A program made the translations under genes and the position numbers. Positions 48,736-58,500 of a stretch of DNA of 64,000 bases are shown one piece after another (position 1 is the stretch's first letter; each line of letters opens with the position of its first letter). Source of the DNA: an uncultured Actinomycetota bacterium (GTDB taxonomy: Bacteria; Actinomycetota; Actinomycetes; Propionibacteriales; Nocardioidaceae); the NCBI GenBank assembly GCA_963781545.1, contig CAWAGN010000016.1:30666-94665 (forward strand). Direction: 5' to 3'. A model generated the notes under the pieces. It was not told the DNA's origin, did no database searches, and saw only the letters and a program-made list of their open reading frames with translations.

Positions 48736-49331
48736 AGCGTGCCCTTGGTCGAGGGCACACCGGTCTCGCGCGGGTCGATGGCGACCGCGTCGCGCAGCGC
48801 CCGGGCGACCGCCTTGAACTGCGCCTCGACCAGGTGGTGCGGGTCACGCGACGACAGCACCCGCACGTGCAGTGCGATCTGGGCGTGGTGCGCGATCGTC
48901 TCGAAGACGTGCCGGGTCAGCGAGCCCAGGTAGGCGTCGCCGATCAGCACGAACTCCTGCCCCTCGGGCTCGCCGGTGTGCACGCAGTAGGGCCTGCCGG
49001 AGACGTCGACGGCGCACTGCACCAGCGCCTCGTCGAGCGGGACCAGGGAGTCCCCGAACCGGCGGATGCCGGCCTTGTCGCCGAGCGCCTCGCGCAGCGC
49101 CTCGCCGAGCACGATCGCGGTGTCCTCGACGGTGTGGTGCGCGTCGATGTGGGTGTCGCCCTCGGCCTGGACGGTCAGGTCGATCAGCGCGTGCCGACCG
49201 AAGGCGGTCAGCATGTGGTCGTAGAACCCCACGCCGGTGGAGACGTCGGTGCGCCCGGCGCCGTCGAGGTCGACCTCGACCAGCACCTTGGACTCCTTGG
49301 TCTGGCGCTCGATCCGTGCGGTGCGGCTCAT
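48732..49331 (-). CDS. hisB: Imidazoleglycerol-phosphate dehydratase
   Basis: [19 protein letters not shown] and [12 protein letters not shown] motifs. Confidence 0.97.
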   Translation of the reverse strand: MSRTARIERQTKESKVLVEVDLDGAGRTDVSTGVGFYDHMLTAFGRHALIDLTVQAEGDTHIDAHHTVEDTAIVLGEALREALGDKAGIRRFGDSLVPLDEALVQCAVDVSGRPYCVHTGEPEGQEFVLIGDAYLGSLTRHVFETIAHHAQIALHVRVLSSRDPHHLVEAQFKAVARALRDAVAIDPRETGVPSTKGTL

Positions 49332-50452
49332 GTCGCGACCCTTCCGTTCTCCTGTGCGTCGGTCACATTGTCCAGTGCCTGCCCGAATGCCGCCATCTCG
49401 TCGGCCGTGCCGACGGACACGCGCAGCCAGCCGTCGGGTCCGGTCTCCCGGATCAGCACCCCCCGGTCGAGCAGCGAGCGCCACACCGCGTGCCGGTCGG
49501 CGAACCGGCCGAACAGCACGAAGTTGGCGTCGGACTCGGCCACGTCGTAACCCCGCTCGCGCAGCCAGACGACCGTGCGGTCGCGCTCCAGGCGCAAGGT
49601 CTCGACGTTCGCGAGGAGCGCGTCGGCGTGCCGGAGCGCGGCGCTGGCGGTGGCCTGGGTGACCGCGGAGAGGTGGTAGGGCAGGCGGACGACCCGGAGC
49701 GCGTCGCAGATCGCCGGCGACGCGGCGAGGTAGCCGAGCCGCGCGCCGGCGAGCGCGAACGCCTTGCTCATGGTGCGCGTGACCACCAGCTGCGGGTGCT
49801 CGGCCAGCAGCTCCAGCGCGCTCGGGGTGCCGGTGCGCCGGAACTCCGCGTAGGCCTCGTCGATCACCACCACCCCGGTGTCACCGACCAGGTCGCAGAG
49901 AGCACCGACCACGTCGTGCGGCAGTGCGGTGCCGGTCGGGTTGTTCGGCGACGGCAGCAGCACCACGCTCGGCCGGTGCTCGGCGACCAGCTCACGGGCG
50001 TGCTCGAGGTCGAAGCCGAAGTCCTCCCGGCGGCGGCCGGCGACCCAGGCGGTCATCGCGTCCCGGGCGTACTCCGGGTACATCGAGTACGTCGGGGCGA
50101 ACGAGACCGCGGTGCGCCCCGGACCCCCGAAGGCCTGCAGGATCTGGAGCATCACCTCGTTGGACCCGTTGGCGGCCCAGATCTGCTCCGGCGAGAGTGC
50201 CACCCCGGACTCCGTGGCCAGGTAGCCCGCGAGCCCGGCGCGGAGCTCGGTGAACTCCCGGTCCGGGTAGCGGTTCAGGGAGGCGGCAGCGGTCATCACC
50301 GACCGGGCGATGTCCGCGACGCACTCCGCGCCCGGCGGGTAGGGGTTCTCGTTGACGTTGAGCTGCACCGGCACGTCGAGCTGCGGCGCGCCGTACGGCT
50401 CGATGCCGACCAGCTCGTTACGCAGCGGAGGGGTCCACTGCACCGAGGTCAC
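49328..50452 (-). CDS. hisC: Histidinol-phosphate aminotransferase
   Basis: [29 protein letters not shown] and [15 protein letters not shown] motifs; GTGA overlap with hisD. Confidence 0.96.
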   Translation of the reverse strand: MTSVQWTPPLRNELVGIEPYGAPQLDVPVQLNVNENPYPPGAECVADIARSVMTAAASLNRYPDREFTELRAGLAGYLATESGVALSPEQIWAANGSNEVMLQILQAFGGPGRTAVSFAPTYSMYPEYARDAMTAWVAGRRREDFGFDLEHARELVAEHRPSVVLLPSPNNPTGTALPHDVVGALCDLVGDTGVVVIDEAYAEFRRTGTPSALELLAEHPQLVVTRTMSKAFALAGARLGYLAASPAICDALRVVRLPYHLSAVTQATASAALRHADALLANVETLRLERDRTVVWLRERGYDVAESDANFVLFGRFADRHAVWRSLLDRGVLIRETGPDGWLRVSVGTADEMAAFGQALDNVTDAQENGRVAT

Positions 50453-51768
50453 CTGTCCTCGAGGCGCACCCGGACGGCGGCGCCGTGCCCGGGGAGGTCC
50501 TCGGCCTCGGCGAGCGCCACGACGTGGTGGGCCACCTGCTCGAGGGCGGCCCGGTCGTACTCGACCACGTGCACGGCCCGCAGGAACGAGCGGACCGACA
50601 GGCCCGAGGAGTGGCACGCGCAGCCACCGGTGGGCAGCACGTGGTTGGAGCCCGCGCAGTAGTCGCCGAGCGAGACCGGGGCGTAGGCGCCCACGAACAC
50701 GGCACCGCCGTTGCGCACCCGCTCCGCGTGACCACGAGCGTCGGCGGTGTGGATCTCGAGGTGCTCGGCGGCGTAGGCGTTGACCACGTCGAGACCCTGG
50801 TCCATGTCGTCGACCAGCACGATGCCGCTCTGGCTGCCACCGAGAGCGGTGCGGATCCGGTCGGTGTGCCGCGTGGCATGGACCTGCTTCTCCAGCTCGG
50901 CCTCCACGTCGTCGGCCAGCCGGAGCGAGTCGGTGACCAGCACCGAGGCGGCCATCGGGTCGTGCTCTGCCTGGCTGACCAGGTCGGCCGCCACGTACGC
51001 CGCGTCTGCGGTGTCGTCGGCGAGGATCGCGATCTCGGTCGGACCTGCCTCGGAGTCGATGCCGACGACCCCCTTGAGCAGCCGCTTCGCCGCGACCGTG
51101 TGGATCGCGCCGGGCCCGGTGACCAGGTCGACGGGGCGGCACTCCCCCGCGCCGTAGGCGAGCATCGCGATCGCCTGCGCACCGCCGACGGCGTACACCT
51201 CGTCGACGCCGAGCAGCTCGCAGGCGGCCAGGATCGTCGGGTGCGGCAGCCCGCTGCCCCACTCGCCGAACGCCGCCTTCTGCGGGGAGCTGGTCAGCGC
51301 GATCGAGCCGACGCCGGCGACCTGCGCAGGCACCACGTTCATCAGCACGCTGGAGACCAGCGGTGCGATCCCTCCGGGCACGTAGAGGCCCACCCGGTCG
51401 ACCGGGATCATCCGCTTGGTCACGCGGGCGCCCGGGCCCAGGTCGGTGGCGCCGTCGGCCTCGAGCTCGGCGGCGCAGGTCAGCCGCAACCGCCGGACCG
51501 ACTCCTCGAGCCCGGCCCGGATGACCGGGTCGAGTACGTCGAGGGCGGCGGTGAGCGCGCCGGCCGGCACCCGGATCTCGTCCTGGACGACGCCGTCGAA
51601 GCGTTCGGAGTACTCGCGGACCGCCTCGACCCCCCGGGTGCGCACGGCGTCGCAGATCGGGCGCACCACCTCCAGCGCGGCCTCCACGTCGACATCGGCG
51701 CGCGGCACCAGGGTGCGGTAGTCCGGGGAGTCGGCAGCGGCTCCACGCAGGTCGATCCGGCGAATCAT
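50449..51768 (-). CDS. hisD: Histidinol dehydrogenase
   Basis: [36 protein letters not shown] and [13 protein letters not shown] motifs; ATG lies 6 nt after TAGACT. Confidence 0.97.
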   Translation of the reverse strand: MIRRIDLRGAAADSPDYRTLVPRADVDVEAALEVVRPICDAVRTRGVEAVREYSERFDGVVQDEIRVPAGALTAALDVLDPVIRAGLEESVRRLRLTCAAELEADGATDLGPGARVTKRMIPVDRVGLYVPGGIAPLVSSVLMNVVPAQVAGVGSIALTSSPQKAAFGEWGSGLPHPTILAACELLGVDEVYAVGGAQAIAMLAYGAGECRPVDLVTGPGAIHTVAAKRLLKGVVGIDSEAGPTEIAILADDTADAAYVAADLVSQAEHDPMAASVLVTDSLRLADDVEAELEKQVHATRHTDRIRTALGGSQSGIVLVDDMDQGLDVVNAYAAEHLEIHTADARGHAERVRNGGAVFVGAYAPVSLGDYCAGSNHVLPTGGCACHSSGLSVRSFLRAVHVVEYDRAALEQVAHHVVALAEAEDLPGHGAAVRVRLEDR

Positions 51769-51803
51769 GGGGCCAGTCTAGGGAGCGGACTACGGTTGCC
51801 CCC

Positions 51804-51863
51804 GTGCCGACCACCCCACGAGAGCGCTCGCTGCGCTGCCGCTCCCGCGGGGACCTCGGATGA
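51804..51863 (+). repeat. MIRU-like unit forming an apparently leaderless 19-aa uORF coupled to the LON-domain gene
   Basis: GTGCCGACCACCCCACGAGAGCGCTCGCTGCGCTGCCGCTCCCGCGGGGACCTCGGATGA = (M)PTTPRERSLRCRSRGDLG*. GTG lies 7 nt after TACGGT; TGA overlaps ATG at 51860. Confidence 0.78.
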
Positions 51864-52528
51864 GCGTCCGGATGCCGATGTTCCCGCTGAACACGGTGCT
51901 GTTCCCCGGGGTGACCACGCCCCTCCACGTCTTCGAGGACCGCTACCGCGCGCTGGTGCACCACCTGCTGACCCAGGACGACCCGGCTGAGCGGCTGTTC
52001 GGGGTCACCGCGATCCGGGAGGGCTACGAGGTCGGCGACCGCGGCGTGCAGTCCCTGCACACCACCGGCACCGTGATGCAGCTGACCGAGGTCGAGCAGT
52101 ACCCCGACGGCCGCTTCGACATCGAGGTGGTCGGACGGCAGCGGCTGCGCCTGCACGAGCTCGAGACATCGGGGCCCTTCCCGGTCGGCATCGTCGACGT
52201 GCTCGAGGAGCCGGACCTGCCCGAGGCCGAGGCCGAGGCGGAGCGGACGGTGGCGACCTTCGACACCTACCGGCGCCGGCTCGGCGAGCTCCGCGGAGGA
52301 CCGGTGCTCGACGGCGACCTCCCCCGCGACCCGACGTACCTCTCCTGGTCACTGGCGACCACCTGCCTGCTGACCCTTCCGGAGCGTCAGTCCCTGCTCG
52401 AGGCACCCGACGCGGCGAGCCGGCTGGTGCTGCTGCGCCGGTCGCTGGTCTCGGAGCTGCGGGCCATGAAGGCGGTGCCGTCGCTTCCCGCGACCGAGGT
52501 CGCTCGCACCCGCTGGTCACCGAACTGA
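51860..52528 (+). CDS. LON peptidase substrate-binding (LON_N) domain protein
   Basis: MPMFPLNTVLFPG..TPLHVFEDRYRAL and GRQRL motifs. Confidence 0.9.
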   Translation: MSVRMPMFPLNTVLFPGVTTPLHVFEDRYRALVHHLLTQDDPAERLFGVTAIREGYEVGDRGVQSLHTTGTVMQLTEVEQYPDGRFDIEVVGRQRLRLHELETSGPFPVGIVDVLEEPDLPEAEAEAERTVATFDTYRRRLGELRGGPVLDGDLPRDPTYLSWSLATTCLLTLPERQSLLEAPDAASRLVLLRRSLVSELRAMKAVPSLPATEVARTRWSPN

Positions 52529-53016
52529 TGGCGAAGCGGACGACCATCGCCACGCCCGCCACGGCAACCCTGGAACGAGCCGGTGTCGAGTTCACCGTGC
52601 ACCCCTACGACCATGACTCCCGCCACGAGTCCTACGGGCTCGAGGCCGCCCGGTCGCTCGGGCTCGCACCGGAGCAGGTGTTCAAGACACTCCTGGCCGA
52701 GGTCGACGGCGAGCTGGTCGTCGCGGTCGTGCCGGTCAGCGGTCAGCTCGACCTGAAGGCACTCGCCTCCGTGCTCGGCGGCAAGCGTGCGGCGATGGCC
52801 GACCCGGCCGTCGCGGAGCGTACGACGGGCTACGTCGTGGGCGGCATCTCCCCGATCGGGCAGCGCAAGCGGCTTCGCACCGTCGTGGACGAGACCGCGC
52901 ACGCCCACGCGACGGTCTACGTCAGCGGCGGACGGCGCGGGGTCGACCTCGGTCTCGCCCCGACCGACCTGGTCCGCGTGCTCGACGCCCAGGTGGCCCG
53001 GATCGGCCGGGACTGA
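52528..53016 (+). CDS. ybaK: Cys-tRNA(Pro) deacylase
   Basis: TPATATL, FKTLLA, TTGYVVGGISPIGQRK and VSGGRRG motifs. Confidence 0.93.
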   Translation: MAKRTTIATPATATLERAGVEFTVHPYDHDSRHESYGLEAARSLGLAPEQVFKTLLAEVDGELVVAVVPVSGQLDLKALASVLGGKRAAMADPAVAERTTGYVVGGISPIGQRKRLRTVVDETAHAHATVYVSGGRRGVDLGLAPTDLVRVLDAQVARIGRD

Positions 53017-53060
53017 GTCCGGGTCGGCCCGGAATGCGTCCGGGTCGGCCGGGAATGCGT
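52998..53060. repeat. Three tandem 21-bp repeats spanning the ybaK stop
   Basis: CCGGATCGGCCGGGACTGAGT / CCGGGTCGGCCCGGAATGCGT / CCGGGTCGGCCGGGAATGCGT. Confidence 0.8.
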
Positions 53061-53069
53061 CGGGTCAGG

Positions 53070-54878
53070 TCAGTCCGTGGTCAGCTTGACCAGCAGGTGC
53101 GGGTCGCCACCCTCGACCCAGCTGGAGATGCCCAGAGCCTCGAGCGCCTCGGTGTTGTCGAGGAACTCCGACTTCTTGAAGAGGAACTCGCGGGGGCTGT
53201 CGGTCATCGTGTCGGCGATCGCCTGCCGCCACTTCGTGTTCAGGTCGACGTAGACCACCACCGCGGCCCTGTCTGCCTCGGGCACGACCTTCCGGAAGGT
53301 CTTGTCGTCGACCAGGGTGCCGTCGCCGAGCAGGTCCTCGGCGTAGGTCGCGTCGAACGAGAGAGTCACGCGGGCCGAGCCGGCCGCGACGGCCACGCCC
53401 TCGTCGGCGAGCGTCGTGCCCTGCTTCGCCTCGATCTTCGCGATCACGCCCTTGATCGCATCCGGGTCGCCCTTGACGGTCAGGGCCACGGGCATGTCCT
53501 CCGGCCCGTTCATGTCCCCGAGGTCGGCGGGCGGGGTGCCTCGCAGCGAGAGGGCGAGCCCTTCGCCGAGGAGGGTCTGCAGGTCCTCGGGGACGGTGAG
53601 CCCGAGCTGGTCCTCGATCAGCTGCCGGACGCCGACCTCGCCGCCGACGAACAGTCCGAGCCCGTCGAGCTGGGCGGTCAGCCTGTCGGCCCAGGCCGAT
53701 GGCGGCGAGATCCCGACGACGGCCGTGGTGTCCGCGGGCAGGTTCCCGATCACCTCGGTGACGGGGTGCTGGGCTGCGCCCGCTCTGCCACCCAGGCCAC
53801 CGACCACGTGGAGCTCGGCTCCCCCGTCGGCGAAGCGCAGCGTGCCCGCGGCGCCCTGGAAGTTCTTGAGCGCCTTGCGGGCCCTGGTGCGGGGGTCCTC
53901 GGCCCGGGTCCTCGGGGTGTACGCCGCGCCCGACGTGACCGTCTGGACGCTGCCAGGCTCGGCTGACGCCAGCTGGCTCGCCAGGTCCGAGGGGAGGGCG
54001 GACGCCAGCTCGCTGGGGAAGTCACTGGGCACGTCGCTGGGGAAGTCGCTGGGGAAGTCACTGGGGAAGTCACTGGGAAGGTCACCGGGGACGTCACTGC
54101 CCTCGCTCGGGAAGGCGTTCGCCTCCACGTCGTTCCCGAACCCGCCGAACATGCCCATACCGTCCGCGATCGCGCCGGCCGCCTGCTTGGCGAGGTAGAA
54201 GCTGAGGATGCCGCGGTCGCCGACCTTGTCCGTCCAGCCGAGGTAGGTCGGGTCGTCGCTGAGCGGACGCGCGGCGGCCTGCTCGGCCGCCTTGGTGGCG
54301 TGGGCCGTGGAGTCACTGACCAGCACGAAGTCGTCGTGGAAGGCGTAGCCCGCCTCGCCCGTGGCATCGTCGCAGTCGATCAGCGCGTCGAGCCCACGGG
54401 CGGCCTTGTCCTTGTCGGTGACGGCCAGCGCCACCAGCGGACTCACCGTGCCCTTCTCGAAGGACGCCGCTGCGACCGCGACGTTGTCACCGATCCAGGG
54501 CTCGATATCGTCCTCGTAGGTGAGCTTCTTGCAGTTCCCCCCGGTGAGCACCTCGTCGAAGAACTTCTTGCGCAGGTCGTCACCCGAGCTGAGCTCGAGC
54601 TCCTTCTTGAGCGCCGGGAACTTCTGCAGGGTCCGGATCGCCTCGATCTTCTGGCGGGCGGAGGGGTCGAGGTCCAGGCTGACCACCGCCAGCGTGCTCT
54701 CGGCGGGCAGCGCCTGCTCGGCGGCCGGCCCGCCGTCGAGGAGCTGGAACGCGGCGAACGCACCGGCTCCCACGATGGCCAGGGTGCCGGCGGTGATGCC
54801 GGCCACGGCGGCACCGCGGCGGCCGCCGGACGGCGACGTCGGACTCGGCGGCTCGGGCAGGATCGTGGTCTCGGACAT
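53070..54878 (-). CDS. DUF3352-like membrane-anchored extracytoplasmic protein
   Basis: N-terminal TM, LPAESTLAVVSLDLDPS..QK, DIEPWIG and acidic domains; internal PSDF repeat. Confidence 0.75.
   Translation of the reverse strand: MSETTILPEPPSPTSPSGGRRGAAVAGITAGTLAIVGAGAFAAFQLLDGGPAAEQALPAESTLAVVSLDLDPSARQKIEAIRTLQKFPALKKELELSSGDDLRKKFFDEVLTGGNCKKLTYEDDIEPWIGDNVAVAAASFEKGTVSPLVALAVTDKDKAARGLDALIDCDDATGEAGYAFHDDFVLVSDSTAHATKAAEQAAARPLSDDPTYLGWTDKVGDRGILSFYLAKQAAGAIADGMGMFGGFGNDVEANAFPSEGSDVPGDLPSDFPSDFPSDFPSDVPSDFPSELASALPSDLASQLASAEPGSVQTVTSGAAYTPRTRAEDPRTRARKALKNFQGAAGTLRFADGGAELHVVGGLGGRAGAAQHPVTEVIGNLPADTTAVVGISPPSAWADRLTAQLDGLGLFVGGEVGVRQLIEDQLGLTVPEDLQTLLGEGLALSLRGTPPADLGDMNGPEDMPVALTVKGDPDAIKGVIAKIEAKQGTTLADEGVAVAAGSARVTLSFDATYAEDLLGDGTLVDDKTFRKVVPEADRAAVVVYVDLNTKWRQAIADTMTDSPREFLFKKSEFLDNTEALEALGISSWVEGGDPHLLVKLTTD
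54012..54098 (-). repeat. In-frame 12-bp VNTR encoding (P-S-D-F/V/L)n
   Basis: Repeated CTGGGGAAGTC(A/G) giving SDVPGDLPSDFPSDFPSDFPSDVPSDFPSE. Confidence 0.85.
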
Positions 54879-54950
54879 GCGGTTCCCCCTCGCGGCGCCC
54901 CAGATGTCTGGGTTTGTGCAGGCGGTCAGAGTACTCGCCGGAGGCGGTGC

Positions 54951-55529
54951 TCAGGCCCGGTTCGATAACGGTTCGACGTCACGGGCGCCTGACCTGGTTC
55001 CCCAGATCACGCCCACGGACCCGATCAGGAACCCGATCGGCCAGGCAATCACCACCAGGTGCGAGATCACGCCGAGCGAGTCGGGGATGCGGTCACCGAC
55101 CGCGGCCCGGCGCAGCAGGGCCGCGACGTCCTGGTGGCCGAGCACCCCACCCAGCCACAGCGCGAGGGCGGCTGCCCCGAGGCTGGCGGCGTAGCCGACC
55201 AGCACCACGAGCATCGGGTGGTGGCGGCGCCACCGGGTGAGTGCCAGGCCGAGCAGGAGCCCCGCGACCAGTCCGATCACCACGAACCAGCCGTCGGCCT
55301 GCACCCGCTCGCCGAGCTCGCCCTGCAGCATCACGGCGTTGTCGGCGGTGCGCGTGTACGACGCCGTGGGGGCGACCCGCCACCACACGACACCCGCGGC
55401 GGCACCGGCGCCCGCGAAGAGTCCGAGCACCCACGCAAGGTCGACCAGGACGCCCGCGGAGAGGCGGCGGGCAGGCTCCTCCTGCGCGGCCTCGGCGGGC
55501 CAGATCGACTGTTCGGTCACGAGGTGCAT
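54951..55529 (-). CDS. Four-TM hypothetical membrane protein (DUF2567-like)
   Basis: Hydrophobic segments and a GVVWW...ADGWF pattern; downstream of dnaE. Confidence 0.65.
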   Translation of the reverse strand: MHLVTEQSIWPAEAAQEEPARRLSAGVLVDLAWVLGLFAGAGAAAGVVWWRVAPTASYTRTADNAVMLQGELGERVQADGWFVVIGLVAGLLLGLALTRWRRHHPMLVVLVGYAASLGAAALALWLGGVLGHQDVAALLRRAAVGDRIPDSLGVISHLVVIAWPIGFLIGSVGVIWGTRSGARDVEPLSNRA

Positions 55530-55554
55530 TCTGCGGGACGGGTGGTGACGCGGC

Positions 55555-58500
55555 TCATCCGAGGCAGCCCGGGCCCAGCAGGTGCTTGAGGTCGGCGTAC
55601 AGCGCAGGCGACGGGCTGACCCGCAGCCGGTCGTCGAGCCGGAGGACCGTGGTGCCGCCGCGGGCCATCAGCTTGAGCCGCACCTCGGTGGTGCCGGGGT
55701 GGGTGCGGAGCACGTCCTTGAGCTGCTCGACCACCGGCGGCGTGCAGCGGGTCGAGGGCAGCGTGATCGCCACCGGGCCGGCGGCCGCCGACTCCAGCGC
55801 CGGCTGCGTGACCTCGCGGCCGTGGATCTCGGGTTGGTCCTTGTCGCGGTTGAGGGTGCCCTTGACCACCACGATCGTGTCCTCGAGCAGGATCGTCGAG
55901 GCGAGCTGGTAGTTGCTCGGGAACAGCAGCACGTCGATCGCGCCCTCGAGGTCCTCGACGGTGATGATCGCCCAGGCGTCACCGCGCTTGGTGATCTTGC
56001 GCTGGACACCGGTGATCAGGCCGGCGATGGTCACCTGCTCCCGGTCGCGCCGGTTCTCGTCGGTGAGGAGCTGGCCGATGGTGCTGTCGGCGGCGTTGGC
56101 GAGCACGTGCTCGAGGCCCATCAGCGGGTGGTCGCTGACGTAGAGACCGAGCATCTCCCGCTCGTGGCCGAGCAGGGTCTGCTTGTCCCACTCGGGTATG
56201 TCGGGCACGGCGACGTTGATTCCCCAGCCGCCCTCGCCGTCGACCGTGTCCATCTCGGCGAAGAGGGAGTCCTGCCCGATCGCCTCGTTGCGCTTGATGT
56301 CGACGTACTGGTCGACCGCGGTCTCGTGGATCGCGACCAGCGCCCGGCGACCGTGGCCGAGCGAGTCGAACCCGCCCGCCTTCACCAGGGACTCGATCAG
56401 GCGCTTGTTGCACACCTGCGGTGGCACCTTGCCCATGAAGTCGGCGAAGTCGGCGAACCGGCCCTTCTCGCGGCGGCTCTCGATGATCTGGGCGACGACG
56501 TTCCAGCCGACGTTGCGGATCGCGGTCAGGCCGAACCGGATGTCCTTGCCGACCGGGGTGAAGTTGGCCTCGGACTCGTTGACGTCGGGCGGGAGCACCT
56601 GGATCTTCATCCGGCGGCACTCGTTGAGGTAGATCGCCATCTTGTCCTTGTCGTCCTTGACGGACGTCAGGAGCGCGGCCATGTACTCGGCCGGGTAGTT
56701 GGCCTTGAGGAAGGCGGTCCAGTAGGAGACCAGACCGTAGGCGGCGGAGTGCGCCTTGTTGAAGGCGTAGTCGGAGAACGGGACCAGGATCTCCCACAGC
56801 GTCTTGACCGCCGCAGCGCTGTAGCCGCGGTCGTTCATGCCGGCGGAGAAGCCGGCGAACTGCTTGTCGAGCTCCTCCTTCTTCTTCTTGCCCATCGCCC
56901 GCCGCAGGATGTCCGCCTGGCCCAGGCTGTAGCCGGCGAGCTGCTGCGCGATCGCCATCACCTGCTCCTGGTAGACGATCAGGCCGTAGGTCTCGCCCAG
57001 CACGTCCTCGAGTGCCTCGGCCAGCTCGGGATGGATCGGTACGACGGGCTCGCGCCCGGTCTTGCGGCGGGCGTACTTGTTGTGCGAGTCGGCGCCCATC
57101 GGACCCGGCCGGTAGAGCGCCCCCACCGCGGAGATGTCCTCGAACGTGTCGGGCTGCATGCTGCGCAGGAGCGCCCGCATCGGCCCGCCGTCGAGCTGGA
57201 AGACACCGAGCGTGTCGCCGCGCTGGAGCAGCGTGTAGGTGGCCGGGTCGGTGAGCTCGAGCTCCTCGAGCACGATCTTCTCGCCACGGTTGTTGGCGAT
57301 GTTGATCAGCGCGTCGTCGAGGACCGTCAGGTTGCGGAGCCCGAGGAAGTCCATCTTGATCAGGCCGAGCTTCTCGCAGGTCGGGTAGTCGAACTGCGTG
57401 ATGATCGCGCCGTCGGCCTCGCGCTTCATCACCGGGATGACGTCCATGATCGGCTCGCTGGACATGATCACGCCGGCCGCATGCACGCCCCACTGGCGCT
57501 TGAGGCCCTCGATCCCGATCGCGGTGTCGACGACGGTCTTGACGTCCTGGTCGGAGTCGTAGAGGGAACGGAACTCGCCGCCCTCCCCGAACCGCTTGTG
57601 CTCGGAGTCGAAGAGCTCCTTGAGCGGGATGTCCTTGCCCATCACCGCCGTCGGCATCGCCTTGGTGATCCGGTCACCCATGGCGAACGGGTAGCCGAGG
57701 ATGCGGGAGGAGTCCTTGACCGCCTGCTTGGCCTTGATCGTGCCGTAGGTGACGATCATCGAGACCCGGTCGTCGCCGTACTTCTCCGAGACGTAGCGGA
57801 TCACCTCACCGCGGCGACGCTCGTCGAAGTCGATGTCGAAGTCGGGCATCGAGACCCGGTCGGGGTTGAGGAAGCGCTCGAAGATCAGGCCGTGGTGCAG
57901 CGGGTCGAGGTCGGTGATCCGCATCGCGTAGGCGCACATCGAACCGGCGCCGGAGCCACGGCCCGGGCCGACCCGGATGCCGTTGTCCTTGGCCCAGTTG
58001 ATGAAGTCGGCCACCACCAGGAAGTAGCCGGGGAAGCCCATCCCGATGATCACGTCGGTCTCGAACACGGCCCGGGCACGCACGGCGTCGGGGATGCCGT
58101 CGGGGTAGCGGTAGCGCAGCCCCTTCTCGACCTCCTTGACGAACCAGGTGTCCTCGGTCTCCCCCTCCGGCACGGGGAAGCGGGGCATGTAGTTGGCGTC
58201 CTCGTTGAAGGTCACCTCGCACCGCTCGGCGACGAGCAGCGTGTTGTCGCAGGCCTCGGGAAGGTCGCGCCAGATCTCGCGCATCTCGGCCGGGGACTTG
58301 ATGTAGTAGCCGCCGCCGTCGAGCTTGAACCGCTTCGGGTCGGCCATCGTCGAGCCGGAGGACACGCACAGCAGGTGCTCGTGGGCGTCGGCGTCCTCGG
58401 GTCGCACGTAGTGGGAGTCGTTGGTGGCGATCACCGGGATGCCGAGGTCCTTGCTCAGCCGGAGCAGGCCCTCACGGACCCGGGACTCGAGGGAGAGCCC

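Noticed and set aside
54960-54976. LexA box near the dnaE operon end (TCGATAACGGTTCGA)
   Set aside because: Spacing is one base short of CGAAC-N4-GTTCG, the left half is degenerate, and it lies inside a coding 3' end.
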